A stretch of DNA of 64,000 nt from Amoebidium appalachense (GCA_963693365.1 CAVNZM010000012.1:6336889-6400888); one strand, 5' to 3'. Shown: positions 1 to 14,354, counted from the stretch's first letter. A program made the numbers and translations. Notes: generated by a model not told the origin, from the sequence alone.

Positions 1-5
1 TGCGT

Positions 6-52
<47 letters not shown>

Positions 53-101
53 TGCGGGCGCACGTATGTGTGTGTGTGTGTGTGCGTGTGCGTGTGCGTG
101 C

Positions 102-169
<68 letters not shown>

Positions 170-342
170 TGCGCGCACATGTTAGTGTGTGTGTATGTGG
201 ACATATGCTGTTGCTGGTGAGTGTGCTTGTGTTTGAATGTGATTCTTTGAGCAGGTATTCCCATGTACGTGAATTTGAATGTAAGTTGGCTTGGCTGAGG
301 TGGGGTGGGGGGTGGGGGGATGGGAGAAGGGGGTGAGGGGGA

Positions 343-443
343 TTAGAAAGCGCCAAGAAGTACGAAGTATACATTCACAACGGACAACACCATGCAGAGT
401 GTAAACCACAGGGTGTATAATAAGCAGAGCCCATCCTCAGGGT
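343..443 (-). repeat. Copy of the CCCTGAGGATGGGCTCTGCTT dispersed repeat
   Basis: The reverse complement aligns by eye with 54817-54926. Confidence 0.75.
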
Positions 444-831
444 GGGGAAGGGAGGGGTTAGGCTTTGCACGTATGCACGTATGCCCACCAAGAAAAGAGA
501 TCGAGTGTGCGTGCGAGACAGAGGAGAAAAAGGGAGAGAAAGAGAGAGAGAGGCCGGAGCGGGGGGGGGAGGGGGGGGGGGGGGAGGGGGGAAGGGGGGG
601 GGGGGGGGGGGGGGGGGGAGGGGGGGAGGGGGAGGGAGGGAGGGCTGAGAGGCAGGAACAGAGACAGGGGGGTTGTTTAGGGGGGCAGGGAGGAGTGGGG
701 GAAGCGGGAAGGATGGGGAAGGCTTGACGAAGCACAAGTACGACGACATCCCTCCTTGTTCCTCCCCCTCTTCTCCCCCCCCCCCCCCCCCCTCTTTCCT
801 TCCCCACATTCCTTCCTCTTTGGCAACCTAC

Positions 832-1085
832 CCTCCATGCAAGCCCACAACGACCCATTCACGCAGTACTTCTTCCCACACTGCCAGAAGAGGAAAAATT
901 GACACCACCAGCGCAGGCTTTACTATCTCTTCCCCTTGGCCCCTGATTTGCACCGTGACCTTAACTTCGTCTCCATCATAAAAGGGTTTTGCGGTGTTTT
1001 CGTGCACTTTCACAGTGGCCCAGGGCTTTCTCCGTGAAAGGGGCACGCGCCACCTTTCGCGACTGCTGTCAGGCTTCTTGGACAT
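832..1085 (-). CDS. Possible first coding exon of an unidentified gene continuing toward or beyond the left edge (weak arrestin-N/VPS26-like flavour)
   Basis: Non-repetitive ORF MSKKPDSSRERWRVPLSRRKPWATVKVHENTAKPFYDGDEVKVTVQIRG...WVVVGLHG ends exactly at a GG|GTAGGT donor (the ORF's stop codon is part of the donor). A phase-compatible acceptor (cacctcag) near 295 continues as [19 protein letters not shown], but no downstream donor was found. The family call is a weak impression only. Confidence 0.3.
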
Positions 1086-1835
1086 GGCAAGGGTCGTTGG
1101 CGGGAATGAACGAATAACAACCAGCACCGATACCAGACGTTCCTTTATGAAAAGAACTTGGTGAAAGAACTGAAACACGGGCTAACCCTAAACGACTACC
1201 CGGAAAACGGCCTGTGGGTAAACTGGGTAAGCAAAGGAGTTTTACACTTTGACAGGTGGAAACATGTAAGCACAGATCTAGCCCAGTTCGGCGAGCTGTT
1301 TGTATACAGAAATAATAAAACCAGGAGTTGCACAGCCTGTGCAATATGCGTTTCACAGCCCATGAACAGGTGGTATTGGTATTGCACAACTTATGAGAAG
1401 AACAATACCTATTAGGCTAACCAAAGAGATAAGGTATAGTAGAGAAGGGTTGCAGTTTCAGTTCACAACTATCAGGACGCTGGAATTATAACGTCTCACT
1501 GTTACCAAGACCTGAAAAAAACATGCGTTGTACAGGCCTACAATACAAAGAGCAACCAACATGTTTTTGTTTCATGTTTGTTTTTTTTGTTGCGTGCGTC
1601 AGAGTCACAGGAGTCGCGAGTGGAATTGGTAAAAACCCTTTTTTGGAGATAACAAACTACGCCTGATTGGTTGTGGTTAAAATCTCCCCAGTTGCTGATA
1701 AGCTGCACAAAACTTTCTCATATCGTCACTGTTGTTGTTCTTATCATGTGAAGTAGTTAGCAATAGAACTACTTTTTGTAAGGATTTTTCAGGATTAAAA
1801 AGAAGGAGGGGAAAGTTAAACGTTTGACAGTATAT

Positions 1836-1880
<45 letters not shown>

Positions 1881-2193
1881 ACACACACAACACTCCGTTG
1901 AAGTTCGAACACCGGCACGGTCTCACTTTCACACGTACACAAGGCACCGACGCCATGGGCCTCCCTCATTTTGTTTGTGGCTGAATTGTGACCCAGTACT
2001 TCAATAGGGTGCACGTGTCTGTTTGCACACGTGACACATGTGTGTGTGTAGCGCCATGAAGAACCATGCACTTCATTCCAAATTGTTAGCATCAAGAATG
2101 CTGCCGGGTCAGACTCATGAGCTCGAGTGGCACGCGCACGTGTGTGGACGTTAAATTTGTGCGTCTGTGGCAGACTGTGTGTGTGTGTGTGTG

Positions 2194-2252
<59 letters not shown>

Positions 2253-2591
2253 ACGTGTGCGTGTGTGTGTGCGTGTGTGCGTGTGCGTGTGCGTGTGTGT
2301 GTGTGCGTGTTTGTGCGAGTGTGAGCGTGTGTGTGTATATTACAATATATGTGCGTGCGTGTGTGTATGCGTGCGTCACTGTGCACGGTGTGCAAGCAGT
2401 GTGTGCATGCATGTGTGTGTGTTCACGTTTCTTCACACGTGTGTGTATGCTTTTGCTGTCTACTAGTATGTAGTTTGTGCGTGCATGCCTCATGATAAGG
2501 GTGACACTAGTACCGTCTGTGTGTGTGCGCGCGCGTGTGTGTGTGTGCGTGTGTGTGCGTGTGTGTGTGTGTGTGTGTACTAGTGTCTGTC

Positions 2592-2654
<63 letters not shown>

Positions 2655-3517
2655 TTGGTGCATGTGGGTGCCACTGGGTGTGTGTTTGTGGGTGTGGGTG
2701 TGAGGCTGTGTGTGTCTGTGTGTCTGTGTCTGTGATTGTGTGTGTGGATCCGGAGCGCCGCGTGTGTGTGTGTTTGACAATGTGTGTGTGACAGTAGTAT
2801 TGCTGTGCTTGTGTGTGGATGTGTGTTTGTGTACACGTGTGTGACCAGTGCGTGATCCTCCCCCCTTCCACCCGCCCTGTCCCCCCTTTCCCCCTCCCCC
2901 CTTCCTCCCAAAACCTCCCCTCCCGAGACTCTCGAGCTCCCTCGACCCCTTATAGGTTACTGAAGTTTCTTTCTTTGAACCTCTCCCTCCCATCCCATCT
3001 AGGCTTGGGCAGCCACCAAGTTCTTCCGAAAAATGCAATATTAAAATGTTTAACCGGCCGCAACTATCAACAACGACGGAGCCCAGGTTTAACCTATTTG
3101 TTACGTAACCAATAACCACTTACATCTTGTCCGTGACTGGTGAGTCCTAGTTGGTAAGTATGTGTGTGCATGTGTGTGTGTGTGTGTACACGCACGTGTC
3201 TGTGTATGTGTGTGTTTCACCGTGTGTTTGTGTGTGTGCATGTAGGTGTGGGTGAGGGTGAGTGCACATTGTTATGGGTGTGTTTGTATGTGGCCATGGA
3301 TAGTTGTGTGCCACAGGGCCCGTGTGCGTGTGTGTGTGCAAATGTTTGAGCCTCAGAGTTTAAAAAAATGATCGTGCGGGCGCGCTCGCGCGCATTTGTG
3401 TGTGTTTATGTGTGTGTATGACTGTGACTCTGTGTGTGTGTGTGTTTGTGTGTGTGTGTTTGTACGTGCCTGCGCATGCGTGCGTGCGGGCGGGCGGGGC
3501 GGGCGGGCGGGCGGGCG

Positions 3518-3554
<37 letters not shown>

Positions 3555-4228
3555 GGCACTCCATATAGCATGCATCGGTGCAACCGCCACAACACATCAT
3601 ATTTTACAGCATGCATGACAGGCCGGGTGCACCCCCCCCCCCCCCCCCCCCTTTCCCTCCACCCCCCTCCCCCTCCCCCACCCATCTCCCCCTTCCTCCT
3701 CTTTTGTGCACCTAACTAAGGGTGAGGCTCAGAACTCAGAGGAGGGGGAGGGGGGGAGGGAGGGGGGGCGTCCGTCCTGCATATGCTCCCCCCGCGTTTC
3801 ATAGGCGACAGCTACTACATAACTCTCGACCCCCCCTCCCCCCCCCCCCCCCCCCCTCCCCCCCCCCCCCCCACCCCCTTCCTCTCCCCCCTTCCGCCCA
3901 CCCTCTCCCCGAGCCCCTGGATCCCCCCCCCCCCCCCCCCCCCCCAACTCCCACACTCATTTTTTTTCAAGCGCAAACGCTCTAGATGCGGCACAAATAT
4001 ACACATGTCTGGAAATAAGATAAGCAGGAGCATCAAGGGCACTAGATTAGTATAGTAGTATTGCAAATCATGGATTTTTGAAGCACTGTGAAAGCAGTGC
4101 ATAGTACGGTCAGATTGGGCACCGTTTGGGAATGATTCGAAAGTGGAATCATTGACCTCTGACGGTCGTTTTCTTGAATTGGGTATAGATTTCCTCTTGT
4201 TAAACTTTGCATATGCATGTGCGTCGGT

Positions 4229-4291
<63 letters not shown>

Positions 4292-5244
4292 GTAACGGGG
4301 GTCACGTGACCATTCAATAGATGTGACTACTGGGCTGCGATTCATTGGTGGTTTGGATGTATGTCCACGTAAGCATTTGACATCGGGAACCACCAAAGCA
4401 CAGGCTGCAAGTAAATATACCGGCTGCCCCCCAGACGGTGTGCTATGGCATGGTGTGATTACTTGTGTGGCCCTATGTAGTGTGCCGCCCTAGGAGTTTG
4501 TATGGCCATGGGAGGAGGAAAAGTATTATTTTTTATTTTTTTTGCCGTCAGGGGGTTTTAGTTTGTACTACATTTTGGGCTGCAACCGACTGAAAGGGCA
4601 CCAGGAAGGAAAACTTAATTCTGGCCATAAATAAGTCTCCCAACTTGGGGTTCTTCTTCATTTGAGATTCTCTCCTCTCTCCTCTCTTCTCTCTCCTCTC
4701 TCTCTCTCTTCCTCTTCCCCCTCCCCCCTCCCCACACACCACCGCCACCTCCTCCCGGGCAGCGCCTCATTCCCCCCCCCCCCCCCCTCCCCAGGCATCC
4801 TTCCCCCTCCCCTTTTGCTCTTTCCCTGCATCTTGCTCTCACTCAGTCTCGGAGACTTCCCCCGCCCCTCTCTCTTCCCCGCCTCCCCGCTCCCCCTCCC
4901 CCCCCCGCCCCTCCCCCCCCCCCTCCCCCCCCCCCCCCTTTCCCCCAGAGGGAGAACGGTTTTCAATGATGGGTCATTATACCATAATAAGTCCCCGAGA
5001 AGTATTCTCTACTGTATCGGTCCCGTCTCTGGATGACGCAAGTAGGGTCGTAGGGACAATGGGATCATGTAGCCACTGTGCCGCATGCTGATCCCACCGT
5101 ACCAGGTCCTGCAAAGTTTGCCCCTCTTTTAATGAGCGCGCAGCCTTATGGATCTTATGCAAGTGCAAAAAGATATTTGCTGCGGTCTCTCTATACATGA
5201 GCACTTTCATCATAACTTCTTATTTGCTGTTTTTTTTTTTTTTT

Positions 5245-5283
<39 letters not shown>

Positions 5284-5518
5284 AAGACGGTTTGCAGCCC
5301 AGGGAAGGTCCCCGGGGGGTGGGGGGTGGGGGGGGGGGGGGGGGGGGGGGGGGGGGTGGAGAGGGCAGGCACTCTCTCAGAAGCATAATAGGACAATGTG
5401 GCCGGCGAATCTCCCAACTGGGGGAGGGGGGGGGGGGGGGGGGGGGAGGAGGGAATCCAAGGTGGTGTGACTGTTCCCCCCCCCCCCCCCCCCCCCCCCC
5501 TCCTCCTCCTCCTCCTTT

Positions 5519-5576
5519 CACTCCTTGATTTTCAAGGTCTGCGCATGCGCACTCCTTGATTTTCAAGGTCTGCGCA
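5519..5576. repeat. Tandem duplication, 31-bp period
   Basis: CACTCCTTGATTTTCAAGGTCTGCGCA occurs at 5519-5545 and 5550-5576. Confidence 0.85.
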
Positions 5577-6265
5577 AACATGCACAAAACATACAAGTAT
5601 GCGCAACTGCACTGGTGCTATGCCAGTTACATAAATTCTGCCACGGTGTGAAATTTCTTGGGGAAGGAGGGGGACTCGAGGGACAGGAAGGAAGGGGGAG
5701 GGAAAAAAAGGCAAGAACTTTTACAAACAAAATCAAACTTCTGGAACTTTGTACAGCACAGACATTAATATTTATGTCACAGAAACCGTGGCACATGTCA
5801 TACGTGGATCGGATCTGGTCATGTTTTGCTATGGCAGGCAGCAGGCGGGGTCAGAATACTAAGGAGGTAGTGTTTTTGACTGCATCCGGGCTGCACGGCA
5901 TTACTACTAAGTTCACTGTGTTAATCGGTTAGATCTACATATAATACAGCCTGTAACAGCAGATCCGTGGAACTGCAAAAAACACTGGCAGTATACACAT
6001 ATGTGTTTCCAAGTCGATAATGAATATATACGAATCACTAACTTGGCAAGTTGCCAAAATCTTTACAGTATCGAAGATCGAAGCATAGATGCTGGCACCT
6101 TCGGACAGCCTATCCTGGGAAGCCCAATTTCAATTGAAATATATCATCACTAACTGTTAATTTGACCAAGCACTAGGAGCAAAATATGAACGAATGTGCT
6201 GTGTGGATATGATCAGAGGGCAAATATTCTGAGTAGCAAACTCGAGCCACATAACTATAACACAG

Positions 6266-7925
6266 CTAAAAGGGCCGCCATACAACCCCGTCCATTTCTT
6301 GCTGCAGCCTCTGCAAATTTTGCTCACGTTGTGAGTATTTGTCCAATTCGCCATCCGACGCTAGCACATCGTGTGTGTGTGTGTGCTTGTCCCCATACCA
6401 GGCTAGAGGATCCACATGCCCGCGATCATTGCTCGATTGCCATTGGTTCAGAATCACGGCATTCTGCACGTGCCCAGATGGCGCTGTTTCCTGCTCGGGT
6501 TCCGTTTTAAAGTGACTGTATTGGTATTCTTCACTCAATCTCCTACCGGTCGGATTCACGTAGCTGGGATCCGGATGCAAACCAAGGGACTGGGAATAGG
6601 GTACCACCGGGACACTGTCCTCCTGCCCTTCGTCTTTGTCATATATAGACTGACGAGTGGAGTGCCCAGACCTTTCCGTAGTGGCCCCGGGTATCGCAAG
6701 TCCTCTCCACCCACTTCCGTCCACTGGAAGAGAACTCGTTCTTCTTGGTGTCTCCGGAGAGCCCGTTTTCCTCAGTACCTCCCCGTAGAATGAGGAGTGG
6801 CAACCACATGACGTACACATGGTGGCAGCGTTGTCGAACGTGTGCACGTGGTGGTGGTGTTGTCCGGTGATTGATTCCGCCTGTGCTGCCCTTTCAGCCG
6901 CTCTATCATAGGGGGTCGATTTCCGACGTGTGTGGAGCAAACGTGCTCCTCCTTCGTAAAAATCAAGTGGCCAGTTAACAACTCCTAGCCCCTGGCCGGA
7001 CGATGGGCTCCGTATCGGCATGTCTCCGCGCGGAGATATGGATTCTGATCTGGGCGAGATCAGGTCCGATATCGATCGTGGGGAGATCGGGTCAGATTGT
7101 GGTGACCTGTAGTCTGTCCATTGCCTGAAATCAGACTCTGGGATCACGATGGTCAGCCGCGGCGCTCGACCATGCGGCACTTGCTCCGAGTCCGGGTCCG
7201 AGGAACTGGGAGAGTTCGGCAAACGGCCCGTTTCTTGCGTGGCGGAAGAAACCATTGGCGGCATTGGTCTTATATTTGGCCGTTTTCCCTTGGTGGGCTC
7301 CCTCTTAATATGCTTCATGAGCTCGGGCTTGTCTCGCTGAAAGTTCTCGTTGTGAAACATGAGGTCGGGCCGACGGCCGTTGACTGCCTTAGTGTAGCCG
7401 TTGGCCTTGGTGAACCCATAGAGATGCAGCTGTCGGATGAAGGATGGGAGCTGCCGTGTCTGCAACAGAGATGATGCACTTTTTAGAGTATGTAACTGCT
7501 AGATATACATGGACCGGCGGGGATTGAGGTGATTAATGGAAACTAGACGGAAGGGCCAGTAGAGCGTGGATTTTTTGGGCGGGTGGTGGTGGTTGGGGGT
7601 GTGGAGGAGCGGGGGAGGGGGAGGGAGGGATTGGGGGGCTAAATGTGTTGCAGGATACGAAGTATGCATTCATCATAAGCAACACAATGCAGATTGCAAA
7701 GCTCACGGGGGGGGGGGGGGGGGGGATTTGCAACTTGACGGAAGGGTGGGAGATTCGGGGGGAAATCTGATGATTATCTGAAGGTGGCCATCCCAAGTCA
7801 AAGGAATAGCTATTTAAAAGTGCAGAACTCAAGTACATAACAGGTTCCCCCTTCCACCACCACCCCATGATGTGTGTGTGGTTTGTGTTTGTGTGGGTGC
7901 TATGTGTGTTTGTGCGTCAGATCAG

Positions 7926-7965
<40 letters not shown>

Positions 7966-7994
7966 TGTGTCTGTGTGTGTGTGTGTCTGTGTGT

Positions 7995-8027
<33 letters not shown>

Positions 8028-8126
8028 TGTGTGTGTGTTAAGGTATTCTATGTGTCACGGTGTGTGTGTGTTGGTGGCCACGCGGCCCGGCGGCGGCCAA
8101 GGTGGTAGTTTTTTTTTTTTTTTTTT

Positions 8127-8158
<32 letters not shown>

Positions 8159-8757
8159 TGTGTATGTGTTATCTGTGGGGGGTTATTCGTGTACATGTAT
8201 GCAATCACAGTGCTTGAGTTTAAATTCTGTGTGTGCGCGCCAGGTCGGCCTGGATACTATCATCGTGGAAAACCGTTACAGCTGTCTCAGTGCAAATCAT
8301 TGCCGCAGCTTGTGCCTTCTACAACATGACAACACTGTCGTCTATTGCATCGTAGCTAGGCATACGCACGTTCATGCATGGTGAGCGGTACATTGACGTG
8401 TTACGGTATGTGCTCGCGTGTGTGCCTGTGTATGATGTATGTATGTGTGTGCGCGCGCGAACACCGTGTGCGAGTGTAGATTAATGTAAGGGTGCGTGCA
8501 CGGGCTTTTAGTTTGCAGAGATTACCGAAGGGTTGCCGCATTGAACACTGTCACGTTTTTTTTTTTTTCCAACTATCAACACACCGTACCTTAAAGAACG
8601 CAGGAAGCACAGACTTTACCAGCGCCTCCTCGTTGCGTATAACCACTGATGCGCCATCGTCAGACCACCCAATAGCGTGCGTGTACTTGGGATCATCCAC
8701 AATAAATCTCAGCTTCAGAAGAAAAGGGGGCTGGTCCACCAAGTCCGGAAGGAGCAT
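6266..8757 (-). CDS. HSF-type DNA-binding domain transcription factor, 2 exons, ~453 aa
   Basis: Exons 8757-8590 (MLLPDLVDQPPFLLKLRFIVDDPKYTHAIGWSDDGASVVIRNEEALVKSVLPAFFK|gtacgg) and 7459-6266 (ttgcag|TRQLPSFIRQLHLYGFTK...FHNENFQRDKPELMKHIKR...). They join in phase 0 and reproduce the HSF DBD motifs. An in-frame upstream ATG at 8904 could extend the N-terminus. Confidence 0.9.
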
Positions 8758-10719
8758 TTTTCCCGTTGGCGCTGTGATGCTGCCTATCCCCACAGTCGCA
8801 GTATCCCCGAAACTTGTCTCACGGTTCAACGGTTGCGATGAAAAAGAGAGCAGGTTGTGACACTGGGTGTAGGTCACCGTGCTGTGTGCTGCGTGAAAGG
8901 TCATTCTAACTCAGCTGCAGCAATGCCATAAGCCCCATAATACCTACTATTCCACTAGTACAATTTTACTACCTTTTTGAATAATGAAAAATGCTCAAAA
9001 GGGAAAAAATCAAAAAAAAGCCGGGGAGGGGAGGAATATACTGCGGTAGGAAGAAAAGAAAATCCAGTTTCAACTTGGAGAGGTCAAAAAAACCACATGA
9101 CACTGTTCACAAAACTGCATGGGCAGCCCTAAAACGTAGTTCGAATTCACTGTGGTGCACCTTTGACTGGCGGCATCGAGCCGGCCCTTGAACACCACTA
9201 CGCTGTTCACAGACTCCACGAGCTAGCTACAACTTTGAAAACTTCAAGGCTACAATAACTAGTAAAGGTGACTACGACTATTATGGCTAATTATAAACTC
9301 GGCAGTGACTACGTATACCAACGCGTGCACTGAGGGACTAATGATTATTTCCTTTGATGTAAGGAGAAAAGTATACATGAACAGAGCAATCTCGGACAGC
9401 TAGCCAGCAGATTGATTGTGATGAAACGCTGCACTGGGCGAGTAGCCTAGATAGCCTGTTCGAAGTTCGTGTGCATGCATGGCCATTGGCCACCCGAGTA
9501 TACATCGCCCCCTTTTTGACCTTCAGGGGGTGCTTAAACAAAAGATAAGTCTCACTTCTCTTACGGTAGGGGGATTTTAGGTAAACTTCATTGTTATAAT
9601 GGCCAGAAATATGATTCGAATTAGAACAGGTATTCGAAGTTTTTTTGGGCATGTGGCCCTGCCGGCACCCTGCACGGGTGATTTTCAAGTTGTTTTGCAT
9701 GGCCTCATTGCAATTGCAGCCTTATGCTCTAGTGCAACGCCGCGCGGGAACGTGATCTAGATCTTTTGTTCAGTGTACGTGGGAACACTTGAGTGACTTG
9801 CCTGACCGTATTCCGTTGAACAGCACTCAAGAAGTCATCGCGCCGCACCAAAAAGAAGCTGAAAAGGCCACAACCCACCAAAAGGGTGTATTCTTGTTAA
9901 ATTTCCTGCTTCATTTATAGGCCTCCTGCTCAGCCCTCTCGCCTACTACTACCATCATGATCAGATCACGTACGCTGCTCCCCAGGAACAATGAGATTCC
10001 CGTGCGCCCGTTTCATTCGTCAGTCACGGGGAATTTCCCATATTGCGCACCATGAATGGTTCGTGATGGTTGGTGATACCGCAACCGTACAGTAGGAACC
10101 CGGTTACCCCAAGGAAGTCGGAATTTCTTTTTTCTTTTGACTGGATTTATTCGACGGAAAGATATGCAAGTATGCACGGCATACTGAGAAGACAATAAAA
10201 ACTTCACGAGTTATCCAGTAACAAGTGCATACTGAGATACCTGAACACTGTGTGAAAATCATATAAATACTCAATGTGACGACCAACAGAATTCAACAAA
10301 AAGTCTAAAGTGGTCACATTGCCAGCCAGTGTAACAGACATCCGTAGGGAAAGGTCGGAATTTCTAAATAGTATTGGCGGGGTTGGTCTCATTTACGACT
10401 CGTATAGACCCCGCACATTATTGAGTTTGACGAACTATTTCTAGGGGTTTACACACTTTTCTACATTTCTATTTACACTCCGGATCACTTCCCTGGATGC
10501 CAAAATACCACCTGATCACTATTCCCTAGAAAAACACCCATTTTTGTATGAAAACACACCAAAAAAAATGGCTGGTTGTTCATAATCAGTGCACGTGTGA
10601 TAATGCAAATAATGCATGGCATAGATATATGCTAGCTAGGCATGACGCTATGCACATCCAACATTTGTTTGTACGCATTTGCAATATTGCATGCGACGGA
10701 CACGGCGGTTTCCAAAACG

Positions 10720-10753
<34 letters not shown>

Positions 10754-10849
10754 CCGCCCGGGTCCTCCTCGCAGCTCCCTTTGAACTTCTTCGAACTCCC
10801 TGCCATACACACACACACACACACACAAGCACACACACGCACAAGCACA

Positions 10850-10921
<72 letters not shown>

Positions 10922-11017
10922 CGCACACACACACATGCATATGCACACACACACACACATACATGTACACAAACACAGACAACCACGCCGTGGCACACAC
11001 ATACACATGTACATACT

Positions 11018-11130
<113 letters not shown>

Positions 11131-11514
11131 CACACACACCGACTCTCATGTCACACCGTGGGACATATGATTGCATACACACACAACCAAAGTGGCAGAC
11201 CACGTGCTGCACCACGAAAGAAATGAAAAAGTTAAATAAGGAAGCCTCGAAGAAGGAAAAAAGAAATGTTTCCAGAAAGAAAGAAAAGGCAAATATAAGA
11301 AATAACCAAAAAAATTGCCAGTACGGTATCTTGATACTGTAACATGGGTGTGTTTATGGGGCGGAGGAGCAATTAGGCTGCTCTTGCGTGGTACGGTGGT
11401 GACCTGTGCCGGGGCTGGTGGGACTCCCCCACCCGCCCCCGGGCCTTCCGGGGCTTCCAAAAACCGCACACCACGCACACACACATACACACACGCACAT
11501 GCACACACTGCAGA

Positions 11515-11597
<83 letters not shown>

Positions 11598-13528
11598 ACA
11601 CACATGCACACACACACACACACACAAGACACACATACAGACACACACACACACACACGACACACATACAGACACACACAGACACACGCACACATCATAC
11701 AGACACACACAGAAACACACACACAAACACATGGCATGTACACACAGCCTACACATACAGAATCAGACACATACACACACACATGAGAAACACACACACA
11801 CACACACTGACGGTGATAAACACACATGTCTGCGTCCCCTGTTGTCATCCTGCCCTTAATCATTCTCTTCCCTTCCAGATGGCATTAATACAAACAGCAG
11901 TAGAAGACCCACCTTAACACGGCTCAGTGACTGCTGGTGAACATAATAGGCTTTAGTCGGGGGGGGGGGAGGGGGGGGGGGGGGGGGGGGGCGCGAGGGC
12001 TAGGGGGGAAAGAGGAAGTATATACCTTCACAGCAAAAAGAAACTTTTCGGAGGGCAATAGGTGGGTAAGGGGATGAGGGCTCAGCCTGGGGTGAGGGGG
12101 AAGGATCGGAGCGGAGTGGGGCCGGAGATGAGGGCAACGACCATTTTGTAATAATGGTGAGTTCTAGGTGTGGCTATTGGCCGTTTTTCCACTGCCACAG
12201 TGTTTAACAGATTACATTGACACACAGTGATTTCAGATCGGTGGGTGTTTGGAAAAAAGCTGTGGTAGGGGGGAGGGGGGGAGGGGAGGAGGCTTCGTTG
12301 TACTTGGTAAACCGTTATACTTGGCAAACCTACGGTTTGCAGAAAGACTGTTCTCATTATCCATTTCCCCCAATCGATTCCAAATATTGAGTGAACCATA
12401 AGGCAACCACACCTACGTATGATTACCGGGCAGATTCCCTCATCAACGTCGATGGAGTTGTCGCTTATGTGACGACTATAAGTGGCTTCCACAGTTGCTT
12501 TGAGCTTTTTGTAACACAACATGATGAGCCACTTCCTTCATCAATGTTATGATGCCTCACCGCCGTGTGGGCCCTCTCTCTCTACCTTCCCCGACCACTG
12601 AGAATCGAGACCAACCCGTGCAGGCATCAAACAAATCAGCAATATAAATGTTACGGCCACATTGGCCAAATTTGCTCTATCTTCACAGGAGAGGGGTAAG
12701 GGGAGGGAACATTGGAAGTTAGCCAAAGGGCAGTTTAGACGGTTTAGCAAACCCGTGGGGAAGCCTCCGCATAGCAAAAAGACGCCTTCCGCTTGCTTGC
12801 TCTATTATATGTGCCCCCCCTCCCCCCCCCCCAGCCCTTGCCTCCAATGCCCACCACCACCACAGGAGGTTGTGGAGGAAGCCCCGGGGGTTGAGGGGGA
12901 AAGGGGGGGGGGGGGGGGGGGGGGGGGGCGTTCAATTTTACACATAAGAGAGCAGGGATGAAGCTTCATAAGGTTTGTGGAGGGAAAGAGCCTAGGAGGA
13001 GAATGGGGGATGGGGCTGGAGGGGGGGGGGGGTGAAAGGGGGGGGGGGGGGAGGGATTGATATTCGCAAGAGCGTCACTTAAAAGTACAGCAAACTCATC
13101 ATTTCATTCTGTTTCTGCCTTCAATCGGTGGTTTGTTCCATTTTTTCTCTCCCCTTCTCAATGTTTCCCCTTTGCTCTTCTCTTTTCCTTTTTATTTTTT
13201 TGGGAGGAGAAAAGGGGAGGGTGGGGTGAGGGGAAGAGTGGCCGCTGAGGAGGGATTATCTTGTAACCCTCCGGGGGGGGGGGAGGGGGGAGGGGGGGGG
13301 GGGGGGGAGGGGGGAGGGGGGAGGGGGGATGTGACAGGGGATGATGGAACCCAAAGATGCATCCGTTTCCCGTATCTGATACTCCCACAATCAACACTCC
13401 TAAATTTGCACAGGTCATAGCCCAGCAAACTTCCTTTGGACCTAACAGCTGGTTACACCAATTGCCGTGACGGCTTCACGTTAGCTCCTTTGACTTGCTG
13501 GACTTGCTGCATAATAATGTGTATCCAT

Positions 13529-13566
<38 letters not shown>

Positions 13567-13782
13567 ACTGCATAATCAGCATCATGGTACATAACTCCTG
13601 TATTCGTTGCTGAAAGTTGAAATAGAGAAAAAGATCCCCCCCCCCGGAGGGGAAGAAAAAAAAGCACCGCCACCACCACCACCACCACCCAAAAATTATA
13701 AGTTTCCCAAACACGTTGCCGATATGATACTTAATACGTTGAAACACTGAAACCCCAAGGGGGAAAATTGCAAGCGACTCCG

Positions 13783-13817
<35 letters not shown>

Positions 13818-14257
13818 CTCTGCTAACATAACCTCGTGTGACTATTTCACGGCTGATGTTCATAGAGGTGCCGCCTCCTTGTATTTCTCTTCATCCTCCC
13901 CTCCCCGCCTGCTTTCTCTCTTCCTCCATAACTTGAAACTTCATTTGAACGCTCATCAAAACTCCCCCCCCCCCCCCCCCCCCCCCCCCCCCACCCCCCC
14001 CCTCAAAAAAAATCTTTCTCTGTATGTTTCCCCCCCTCTTTCCACCCTTCCTCCCAAGACCTCCTACTCTGACAGAGTAGGAGGCCTTGCGTTCTCCTCA
14101 ATGTAGAGCTTGCACCGTACTGAAGAGACATCGTCTCATCAAAAACCTGCCCCCTCGCCCCCCCCCTCCTTTGCCCCTTCCTTCTATCTGTGTATGTGTG
14201 TGTGTGCCAGTGTGTGTGTGTGGGTGTGCGTGACTGTGTGTGTGTGTGTGTGTGTGC

Positions 14258-14295
<38 letters not shown>

Positions 14296-14305
14296 GTGTG
14301 TGTGA

Positions 14306-14344
<39 letters not shown>

Positions 14345-14354
14345 GTGCGTGCGT

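Noticed and set aside
8905-10600. Heat-shock elements upstream of the HSF gene
   Set aside because: Only isolated TTCGAA words are present, with no run of three alternating nGAAn units.
12521-12601. C/D box snoRNA (ATGATGA ... CTGA)
   Set aside because: There is no terminal stem, no clear C'/D' boxes, no convincing rRNA guide and no host intron.
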